Source: the human T2T-CHM13v2.0 reference genome, Homo sapiens. From it: a stretch of DNA of 64,000 nucleotides. Under the pieces are notes generated by a model. The model saw only the letters and a program-made list of their open reading frames with translations. It made no database searches and was not told the DNA's origin. A program made the translations under genes and the position numbers. The stretch spans positions 23,040,001 through 23,104,000 of the forward strand of contig CP068257.2 in the NCBI GenBank assembly GCA_009914755.4. Direction: 5' to 3'. Shown piece by piece: positions 54,021-64,000 of the stretch. The stretch's first letter is position 1, and each line of letters begins with the position of its first letter.

Positions 54021-54603
54021 GTGGTGATTCCTCAGGGATCTAGAACTAGAAATACCATTTGACCCAGCCATCCCATTACTGGGTATATACCCAAACGATT
54101 ATAAATCATGCTGCTACAAAGACACATGCACATGTATGTTTATTGCAGCACTATTCACAATAGCAAAGACTTGGAACCAACCCAAATGTCCAAAAATGAT
54201 AGACTGGATTAAGAAAATGTGGCACATATACACCATGGAATACTATGCAGCCATAAAAAATGATGAGTTCATGTCCTTTGTAGGGACATGGATGAAGCTG
54301 GAAACCATCATTCTCAGCAAACTATCGCAAGGACAAAAAAACCAAACACCTCATGTTCTCACTCATAGGTGGGAATTAAACAATGAGAACACATGGACAC
54401 AGGAAGGGGAACATCACACACCGGGGACTGTTGTGGGGTGGGGGGGAGGGGGGAGGGATAGCATTAGGAGAAATATCTAATGCTAAATGACGAATTAATG
54501 GGTGCAGCACACCAACATGGCACATGTATACATATGTAACAAACCTGCACATTGTGTACATGTACCCTAAAACTTAAGGTATAATAATAATTTAAAAAAA
54601 AAG
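54021..54603 (+). mobile_element. Same L1PA, direct 3' segment (ORF2 C-terminus, 3' UTR, poly-A)
   Basis: Plus-strand translation gives MFIAALFTIAKTWNQPKCPKMIDWIKKMWHIYTMEYYAAIKNDEFMSFVGTWMKLETIILSKLSQGQKNQTPHVLTHRWELNNENTWTQEGEHHTPG. The segment ends gtaccctaaaacttaaggtataataataat followed by poly-A. The junction with the inverted segment lies at 54020/54021 and the two segments overlap by about 10 ORF2 residues. Confidence 0.92.
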
Positions 54604-54710
54604 AAAAGAAGAAAAAACAGAAGCAGTTTTAAGGCCTGAGGAATAAATACAAAGACAGTGTAAGAAAGAAGCTGAAGTTTCCCATGGCTTAGGGGAATTA
54701 AATGCATTGT

Positions 54711-55093
54711 GTTAGGGGGCTACATGTTTATGCTTACTCCACCCCAAATTCATTTATTTAAATCTTAACTCCTGCTCTGATGGTAGTAGGCAGTGGGATC
54801 TTTCAGAGGTGATTAGGTCTTGAGGGCGGAGCACTCATAATGGGATTAGCATTCTTGTATTAGTACTCTTATAAGACACATAACAGCTTGCTTCCACTCT
54901 GCTCTCTGCTTTGTGAAAATACAGCAAGAAGATAGCCATCTATAAACCGGGAAGCAAACCCTTACCAGACACTGCATCTGCCAGCACTTTGATCTTGGAC
55001 TTCTAGGCCTCTAGAACTATAAGAAATAAATATTTGTTGTTTAAGCCATCCAGCCAATAATAATTTATTATAGTAGCCTGAACTGACTAGGAC
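54711..55093 (+). mobile_element. MaLR LTR, MLT1-type (nearly full length)
   Basis: Contains ccaccccaaattcatttatttaaatcttaactcctg...gaggtgattaggtcttgagggcggagcactcataatgggattagcattcttgtattag...gaaaatacagcaagaagatagccatctataaaccgggaagcaaacccttaccagacactgcatctgccagcactttgatcttggacttctaggcctctagaactataagaaataaatatttgttgtttaagccatccagcc...tatagtagcctgaactgactaggaca. Confidence 0.75.
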
Positions 55094-55691
55094 ACGTTGT
55101 AATAGAATGGAATGAAAAAGATAAAAGGAGATTTATATGTTTTCCTAGCTAGATTAAAGAAGTGTCCATGAAACAGTACGATATAAAGAACTGATACCAG
55201 GATGTGAGCTCTTGGAGGACAGAGGGGTTTGTTAAGTTTTGTTTGCTGCTATAAACAGGCATTTATAGTGGCATCTTGCCAATAACGCCTATTGATGAGT
55301 ATCTGCTTGAGATTTGAATGCACAAATTAAATTGAAACGGAAAAAAAAAAGAATAACCACAAAAGATAAAAATACAAGTTTTAGTTGTAGCAGGAATTAA
55401 TGTGAAGGTCTCGTATATTTGAAAGAAGCCTTTCAAAAAATGTACAATGAGTCTGAGGAGACCTTAGGGGTGGTAGTCTTTGAGAGATATTATTAGCAAC
55501 AGGATAGGATGAGCCAAATAACACTACTATTTTCTCATCGTCCAACAGAGTCCCTTGCATGTGTTGCTTTGCAGGGTGCCTTGTATATGAGCCCTCATTT
55601 AGTATTTTCTAAAAGACAAAATAACTTTTTAAAGGACCGTGTCTAAGGTATTGTTTTTATTACTTGTTGCTACAAGATATAGCACATACTC

Positions 55692-55798
55692 GGAGCCATT
55701 GTGGCTCTGGCCGGTTGTGCTGGCCCTCGGGGAGGCGAGGGTACGAGTTCGAGGCCAACCTGGTCCACATTGATTGAAAAAAAAAATAAAAAAAAAAA
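55692..55798 (+). mobile_element. snaR-family-related SINE (ASR/CAS-like, FLAM-C/Alu-monomer derived) with poly-A and perfect 17-bp TSD
   Basis: The element ggagccattgtggctctggccggttgtgctggccctcggggaggcgagggtacgagttcgaggccaacctggtccacattgattg is followed by a10 t a12. The TSD agatatagcacatactc occurs at 55675-55691 and 55799-55815. The 5' GGAGCCATTGTGGCTC and 3' CGAGTTCGAGGCCA.CCTGGTCCACAT match the snaR/ASR core as I remember it. Confidence 0.6.
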
Positions 55799-56991
55799 AG
55801 ATATAGCACATACTCATCACTGTTTCACAAGAACCAGGTAGCACATGCATATAGCATAATTCCAGAAAAAGTTTCATTTTCATGCTATTTACAAAAATTT
55901 TAGCAGAGTATAGGAAAAACCACAAGGAATAATGCATCAATCCAGAGTTAGAAGGATCAAAGTGTCATCTCTCGTATGTCCTAAATAGAAGGAGGGGAGT
56001 GAGCATTACCTAGACCCAGAGGAAAGTCTTGTAGAACAGGCCACCTAAAGGGAAGCACTAATCTTAGTTGAAGGACACCACGGGCCCCAGATGAAAAAAC
56101 AAGGGAAATACATATTCCAGCTTCCGTCCCCCTCCGGACCATTGGGCAAACACAACTGGAATCCAGAGGGCAATCAATCATTCTAATCTTGCCTGTGAAG
56201 AATTTCCCCTCACATTGGGAAGAATTCTGCTCATGTTTAATATTCAGCCTCACGTTCGGAAGGGTGAAACATAGCTTTAGGAGCCAAGTGGACGGTAAGG
56301 AAGCATATAGCCCCACACTCCAGAGTGAAGGATTGGTAATTACATGCACCATTCTTTTTTCTAAAGTGTTTGATTACGTATTTACCTTAATAAATTGCTT
56401 ATTGGCATTCTATAGAAGAGACTCATTCGTGTTTTGATTATTTTAAAAACAATTTGCTTTTCCATAAATCCGGATCCTCTAAATTTAGATCTCTTTAGCA
56501 TAGGCTGGTGATTGAGTCAGACTATTCACAATGAACAGAACATTACATCACATACTTTAAAAGTTAAAAAATTCAACTGACACACAAGAAAATTCAAAAC
56601 CTACTTCGTTCTGCCCTGAGAACTTCCCTATCTTTTTGTTCTTTTCTGCCTCTACACAAAGAATCTAGGAAAAAAGAACACTAGGTGCTTAAAATGCACT
56701 GCCAAGTTTTATATCTTGAAAAGGGTAATTTCTTTTCCTGTAATAGGCCATTATAAATTCATATTTATGAAGTAGTTAGAAAATAATTCAATTAATATGT
56801 ATTATAGCCATTGGCCATTCATCTGTTCCATTCTAGTCATTCATTTTTATGATCACAGAGTCATAGGGGTTCTATGTGCAATTTGAAATTGCTCTAAAAT
56901 GTAAAGAATAAAGATTGCTTGTTATTTTAAAGTATCTGAATGATGATTGATAGATACATTTCCTCTGGGAACCTTATCATTTCAGACTTCA

Positions 56992-57294
56992 GAAGCTGGA
57001 AACCATCATTCTCAGCAAACTATCACAAGGACAAAAAACCAAACACCACATGTTCTCACTCATAGGTGGGAATTGAACAATGAGAACACATGGACACAGC
57101 AGGGGAACATCACACACCGGGGCCTGTTGTGGGGTGGGGGGAGGGGGGAGGGATAGCATTAGGAGATATACCTAATGTCAATGACGAGTTAATGGGTGCA
57201 GCACACCAACATGGCACATGTATTCATATGTAACAAACCTGCACGTTGTGCACATGTACCCTAGAACTTAAAGTATAATTAAAAAGAAAGAAAT
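56992..57294 (+). mobile_element. L1PA 3'-terminal fragment (5'-truncated insertion)
   Basis: The sequence gaagctggaaaccatcattctcagcaaactatcacaaggacaaaaaaccaaacaccacatgttctcactcataggtgggaattgaacaatgagaacacatggacac...gacgagttaatgggtgcagcacaccaacatggcacatgtattcatatgtaacaaacctgcacgttgtgcacatgtaccctagaacttaaagtataatt is followed by an A-rich tail. Confidence 0.92.
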
Positions 57295-57623
57295 TCATTA
57301 ATTGTAAACTCTTAAGAATTTCCACTTCTGTAAGTAATTAAATGTAGATCAAACACTGTAAAAATGTCAACTAGGACAGAATTTAAAAGTCATCTACTTC
57401 TATCATCATTGCTTTATCTGAGAATGATTAAGCTGAGAGCCACGGAGACCAATATCATGCAGTTAGCTATGTAGAAGCTATATCAGGATAATGCTGGACT
57501 TCTAAATTTGGACCTGGGCCTTATTCACTATCCTAGTGGTTTTCAAAATGACTAGAGAATTTCTTGAGAATTTGGGATCTCCTAGTAGGGAGTTTATTAA
57601 AAACAAAATAAAAAGCATAGAGA

Positions 57624-57931
57624 CGCCCAGGAGCGGTGGCTCATGCCTATAATCCCAGCACTTTGGGAGGCTGAGGTTAAGAGTTTGAGGCCAGCCAGAC
57701 CAACATGGAGAAACCCTGTCTCTACTCAAAATACAACATTAGCCGGGCATGGTGGTACATGCCTGTAATCCTAGCTACTCAGGAGGCTGAGGCAGGAGAA
57801 TTGCTTGAACCCAGGAGGCAGAGGTTGTGGTGAGCCAAGATCGCACCATTGCACTCCTGCCTGGATGATGAGAGCAAAACTTCATCTCAAAAACAAAAAC
57901 AAAAAAAACAAAAAAACACACACACAAAAAC
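57624..57931 (+). mobile_element. Alu with long A-rich tail and 14-bp TSD
   Basis: The body runs from gcccaggagcggtggctcatgcctataatcccagcactttgggagg to gcactcctgcctgg, followed by an A-rich tail. The TSD aaaagcatagagac occurs at 57610-57623 and 57932-57945. Confidence 0.95.
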
Positions 57932-58600
57932 AAAAGCATAGAGACTCTGGGTTCTCCTGTCTTAATTCAACCAGAGTTTCTCAATATTATTCTATTTTAG
58001 AAGTAAAGTTTATGACTTTATCCATTCTTCTTATTGGTATAGTTTACTATAGTTTTGAGTAGATAACATTTTTACCTAACTAAGCGACAGAAATTTATTG
58101 TCTCACAGGTCTGGAGGCTGGACATCCAACATCAAGGTGTAGGCAGGGGTGGTTCCTTCTCAGGACTATGAAGTTGAAGCCTTTTTCTGATCTTTTAATA
58201 GCAACAGCTTCAAACATTTTTTTTTCTAATTTCAAATTTATTTTAGATTCAGGGAGTATGTGCGTAGGTCTGTTACATGGATATATGGTGTGATACTGAT
58301 GTTTGGGGTACAAATGATCCTGTCACCCAGATAATGAGCATAGTACCCAATAGGCAGTTTTCAGTCCTTCCCTCCTCCCTTTCTCTCCCCTCTACTGCCC
58401 CCCAGTAGTTTCCAATGCCTATTGTTTCCATATTTATGCCCATGTGTACCCTATGTTTCTCTCTCTCTTATAAATAAGAACATATGGTATTTGATTTTCT
58501 ATTCCTGCTTTAACTTGCTTAGGATGACAGCATTCAACTGCATCCATTTTGCTGCAAAGGAAATAATTTTGTTCTTTGTAATGGCTTTGTAGTATTCCAT

Positions 58601-58602
<2 letters not shown>

Positions 58603-58642
<40 letters not shown>

Positions 58643-58706
58643 CACACACATATATATATACACACACACACATATATATGTGTATATACATATATATATA
58701 TACATT
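58603..58706. repeat. (TG)n(CA)n(TA)n compound microsatellite inside the L1
   Basis: Direct reading. It replaces the L1 sequence ggtgtatatgtacc, which is the reverse complement of the MWYIYT codons. Confidence 0.95.
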
Positions 58707-59130
58707 TTCTTTATCCACCATCGATGGCCACCTAGGTTGATTCCATGTCTTTGCCATTGTGAATAGTGCTGTGATAAACATATAAGTACATGTCTTTTTC
58801 GTAGCATGGTTTATTTTCCTTTGGGTATATACCCAGTAATGGGATTGCTGGATCAAATGGTAATTTTAAGATCTTTGAGAATCTCTAAACCGCTTTCCAT
58901 GGTGGCTGGAAATTTACATTCCCACCAGAAATGTATAAGCATTTTCTTTTCTCTGCAGCCTCACCAGTATCTGTTATTTTTATTATTTTTTATTTTTTAT
59001 TTATTTTTTTTTAATTTTTATTCCTAGTCATTCTGACTAGTGTAAGGTGGAATTTTGTGGTTTTAATTAGTAATGTTGAGCATTTTTTATATGTTTGCTG
59101 GCTGCTTGTAAGTTTTCTCCTAATAAATGA

Positions 59131-59447
<317 letters not shown>

Positions 59448-62400
59448 TTGCCTACTTTTCAGTGAGCTTGTTTGTTTTTTGCTTGAGTTGTTTAAGTTCC
59501 TTGAAGATTCTGGATATTAGACCTTTGTCAAATGCATAGTTTGCAAATATTTTCTGCCATCCTGTAGGTTGTCTGCTTTCTGTGTTAATAGTTTATTTTG
59601 CTGTGCAGAAGCTGTTTAGTTTAATTAATTCCTGACTGTCAATTTTCCTGCTTGTTGCAATTGCTTTTGGGGACTTAGTTAAATATTTGCCAAGGCTGAT
59701 ATCTAGTAGTGTATTTACTAGGCTTTCTTCTAGGATTGATATAATTTGAGTTCTAACATTTAAGTGCTTAACCTGTCCTAAGTTAATTGTTGTATGTGGT
59801 GATAGGTAGTGGTCCAGTTTTATTCTCCCACATATGCACAGCCAGTTGTCGCAGCACCATTTATTGAATTGGGAATCCTTTTATTATTGCTTATTTTTGT
59901 CAACTTTATCAAAGAGAAGATTTTGTTAAGTGTATAGCTTTATGTCTGGGTTCTCTGTTCTGTTCCATTGGTCTGTGTGTCTCTTTTTGTACTGGTACCA
60001 CGCTGTTTTATTTACTGTAGGCTTTATAGTCTGAAGTAGGGTAATGTGATGCCTCCAGCTTTGTTCTTTTTTGCTTAGCACATGAAATCTAAGCTGTGTC
60101 AGGCAATGACTCTCCCAGGTAAGTACGCCCTGTGGCACTGCAGCTGAATCAGATGATATGGCCACGTGTGCCAAAATATTGTATAGAGATGGTACTGGAG
60201 TCTTTGCCTGCGCCAGCCAAAACTACATGTAAGGAAACATTTTGAGAAACTGGTGATTCCACAAGTAACCAAAGGCAGTGATTCCGCAGAGAGAAGCATG
60301 AGAATAGAGTAAATGCACAGAAAATGGCAAAGATGAGAGAGATGGATGGCTCCATCAGAGAGAGTGATTTCTGCTTCTGCATTCAGCTGTATTTCCTGCC
60401 CTTGCATACCCATGAGATTACTGGTTTATCTGATGAACGAATACCAGCTTTGTTAAGCTAAAATCTATGCAGATCTATTATGGAAAACAATTATCCGTAA
60501 TTAAGGCAAGATAATTGTCTCAAGAATTAAGTATATAAATAAATTTTGAGAGAATCTTTAAATAAAGAAGGAAAAATATGTGAATACTTGGAATAAGTAA
60601 TTTCCAAGACTTAAGATGTATTTTTAGAAAAAGTTCAAGTTGAGAAGGAAGTAAAGCTAATTATTTTTTTAATTTAAAGAATATTGAACAAATGAGCTTC
60701 AGAGCAGTAAAGAAATAATACTGACAGAGGCTACAAGGGAGCCAGTCTAATTATGTAACTTACTGTAGAGACAAAATCAAGATGGAGCAAGCTGGTCAAT
60801 AATTGTTGTTTTATCTAAAACTCTATGTAATTGTAATTAATTGCATTTTAATTAGGACCTTCAATGCAAGAAGAGAAACCAACATTGACTTTTCCTGGAA
60901 TGTAAGGTACGATTTAACTATTCAGGTAAAGAAATGACAGCTGTAGAACTGGATCTCAGAGGCCATCTGAAAACTCAAAAATACTACGTTCTCTTTATCT
61001 CTAGCTTTTCTCTCTTAATCTCTCTGTGTGAGTGATTCTCTTTACTGGCATATTTTCACCACATGGCAAGAAACATGTCAGCCAACAGTTTCCTAATTGT
61101 AAAATTCATAGCTGTAGGCACCATGAGAGAGAATGACCAGCAGACAGTCCCAAACCTAAGTCCCATGGAGGTACTCCTTGGCCCAGATTAAATCAGGTAT
61201 CCATATTTGGATTAATCATCTGCTGTTAGCAGACAGAATAGCAAATTAATTGCCAAGACACTCATGGTTATATGTGTGGGGGACAAGGGAAATATGATAA
61301 GCAGGATAATGACCTTAAAGATATCTTTAATCTACAGAACCTGTGAAGGGCCAAAGAGAGAATTCTAGAAGCCGAAAAAAATTACTTTTTAGAGTCTTCA
61401 GAAGGGAATGAGCCCTCCCAACACCTTCATTTTAGACCAGTAAGGCCCATGCTGCTTTCTGACTTGCAGAATTTAAGATAATAATATTTTTAAAGCCACT
61501 AATCTTGCAGTAATCTATTAAAACAGCAATAGGAAATCAATAGAGAGAGGAAGGGAGAGACATTGTAAAAGGGATGTTGGGATGACTACACCATATCTAA
61601 TAACAACCATATTATTGTGGTTGATACTGTCAAGCTCTATTGACATGCTGTACAGTTATAAAGCCTCAGAATTAGAGATAGAGAAAGATAACTCAAAGTT
61701 GCCTCAAAAAATCATATCTTCAAATTACAATTCTTCATGGTTCATATAATTATTACACTTTTTATGGTTTGTTTTAAGTGCATTAAAACTTTAGGTTTGC
61801 ATATCTATATAATATTCACATTTAAACAAAATTAGTGAAAATTTATGCATTGATTTAATTATGCATTTTGTTGAGATATTTTTTAAAGCAGGAAAAATTA
61901 TTTTGTAACATGAAGGAATCATATCTATATTGTTCCATTTGTATTTTTCAATTTTACTATAATGTTTATTTTAAGGGTATAGACTTTCATCTGAATTTGA
62001 AATCATTACATAGAAAGTTCAAACAAAATCAATGCAAAGGCATTTGTCTATTTCTATAATAATTACATTAATGATCAAAAGAATATCTATACTAAATAAA
62101 ATATTGCATTTTTATTTTCTTTTGGTGTATATTGAAAATTGATCTGTGTTTTAGAAGGAATGAAACTATCAAACATATTATGGTAGGCATGGCATAAAAC
62201 TGGGTAAAAGAAAATCTTCTTTAGTTAGTTAATGGATTATCTGTTGCTAAACTGAAATAATCAAAAAGTCATCTAACATCAACTTGAATTCCTTCAAAAA
62301 ATAAAACAGGTATGCAAATAGCATTCAAAATAAGGAAAGTTGTCTTTATTAACCATGAAAATGGTAAATTTTATAAATTTAGAATTGACTACTCTCTTCA

Positions 62401-62600
62401 TCTTATGAAAAGTGGTAAAAATATGTAAATGAAATAGAAATAATTTTGAGGTGTTTATTTTCACTTACTTAGAACCATAATCACAAAATCAATTCCTAGT
62501 CTTCTTGATGACATAATACTGAAAAAAGGAAGGTGTATTTAGGTTGGAGATTTATATTTTAAATAAGAAGTAACCCTCTGTATAAACAATAGATCCTGGT

Positions 62601-62896
<296 letters not shown>

Positions 62897-62939
62897 TCAT
62901 AGTACTATGGGCTGTATGAATTGTATGGACCATTTAGGG

Positions 62940-63105
62940 GCACAGTGAGAAGGTGGGTACTTGCAAGTCAATGAGAGAGGACTCAGGAGAAACCAATTCT
63001 GCCAACATCTTGATCTTGAACTTCTAACCTTCAGAACTGTGAGAAAATAAGTGTCTGTGATTTAAACCACCCAGTATGTGGTATTTTATTACAGAAATAC
63101 TAGTA
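62940..63105 (+). mobile_element. MaLR LTR (MLT1-type), 3' portion
   Basis: Contains cacagtgagaaggtgggtacttgcaagtcaatgagagaggactcaggagaaaccaattctgccaacatcttgatcttgaacttctaaccttcagaactgtgagaaaataagtgtctgtgatttaaaccacccagtatgtggtattttattacag. Confidence 0.6.
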
Positions 63106-64000
63106 TACTAATATTGTCATGTTAATCACTCTTGTATTAAGATGAAAAGAAAACATTTAAAGCTATAGATGCCTCTTACTGCATCTTGTGCAATGTTCCA
63201 CTGTGCAATGTCCTTAATACCATTTCTGTGGAATTAGTTTAAAACAATAGTTCAACAGCACAATTAAATGTCATGTATTTACAAGACTCTCGTCATGCCA
63301 AAAACATTGACAATGCTTAAAACATTGACTTATTGTGCAAAAAAATGCAACATTATTATGTGCATACGTTGAGAAACAATTTGAGGATGATCAAGGGCCA
63401 ATATGAATGGGATGCAGGCCTGTTTCTAAAATCTCTGAAATGCTTCATATATTTTAAAAGCTAAACAAAAAGTAATAGACATTAATGGAAAACAATCATT
63501 AATTTATATTATTTAAGGACAGTGGATAGGATTCTGTTATTTCTGCTGTCCTTTATCTAAAATAAGCTTGCTTTGTTTTAAACTTCTTATTGCTTCTAAG
63601 CATTCTTTAGAAGAAAAGATTTGAGAACAATAATAATTAAAAACTACTAATGAAGTAATATATTTGCCAGCCCAGCCCATGGTTTACTTATAAAAGTTTC
63701 CAAAACTGAACATTTCAAAAGAAAGAGTAAGGTTCAACTTAAGCTATTTTTTTTAAATAAAACAACAGATGCAGAAGGCAGTGTCACAGTATAATACCCA
63801 AACTATTGCAACATATCACTATTGTTAAATAAAGTACCTATAAAGTTGATATTTTAAAGGAAAAATAAATATAAATATATAAGTTTGGGTTAGTATTTTT
63901 CTTGTTTTTAGCACAATTAGCTCACTAATTTACCCTAAAACCCTTATGATCATTTATTCACTATGCCTTATAAGTGAAACAGCTTTTTGGTTGAGGTTTT

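Noticed and set aside
58434-58856. 140-aa and 102-aa overlapping ORFs with poly-(HT) and (CV) stretches
   Set aside because: These are artefacts of reading through a (TG)n(CA)n(TA)n microsatellite embedded in L1. The flanking residues are L1 ORF2 antisense or sense remnants.
60099-60413. 104-aa minus-strand ORF just beyond the L1 end, with a perfect CAG|GTAAGT donor-like motif at 60116-60124
   Set aside because: It has no recognisable protein motif. A perfect 9-mer donor consensus is expected by chance about 0.5 times in a window of this size. No supporting acceptor or conservation evidence is visible.

Overview
This window reads as primate (human-type) nuclear DNA from an AT-rich, L1-rich, gene-poor region, most likely a gene desert or a very large intron. 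It is not a prokaryotic or phage locus, so no operon-style system (defence, CRISPR, toxin-antitoxin, biosynthetic cluster) can be supported. I found no convincing protein-coding gene, rRNA, tRNA or CRISPR array. Every long ORF in the six-frame track is explained by L1 ORF2 remnants, antisense Alu, or microsatellite artefacts. Recognisable content is interspersed repeats. There are 12 Alu SINEs in both orientations, most with identifiable target-site duplications (TSDs). There are about 10 L1 fragments of several ages (L1PA-like, L1PB/L1MA-like). Three of them show the segment pattern of twin-priming 5' inversions: two tested against the consensus have abutting or slightly overlapping ORF2 coordinates, and the third at 16215-17963 spans the start and end of ORF2 and is not contiguous. 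There are 6 MaLR LTR fragments (one THE1/MST-type, five that I believe are MLT1-type), one MIR, one MER1/Charlie-type hAT fragment, and one small snaR-family-related (ASR/CAS-like) SINE with perfect 17-bp TSDs. (TG/CA)n, (TA)n and (GA/CT)n microsatellites are frequent. Findings worth a second look: (1) the young-looking ASR/CAS-like retroposon; (2) independent microsatellite expansion at the same L1 ORF2 site in three separate L1 copies; (3) a locus-specific ~150-bp unit present three times within 1 kb; (4) a few short CpG-retaining, splice-site-flanked or ORF-containing unique blocks that could be unannotated exons or conserved elements, though they are statistically weak. I cannot classify old repeats such as L2, older MIR or ancient DNA transposons by eye, so unannotated stretches are not necessarily unique sequence. 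All coordinates are approximate to within about 10 bp.
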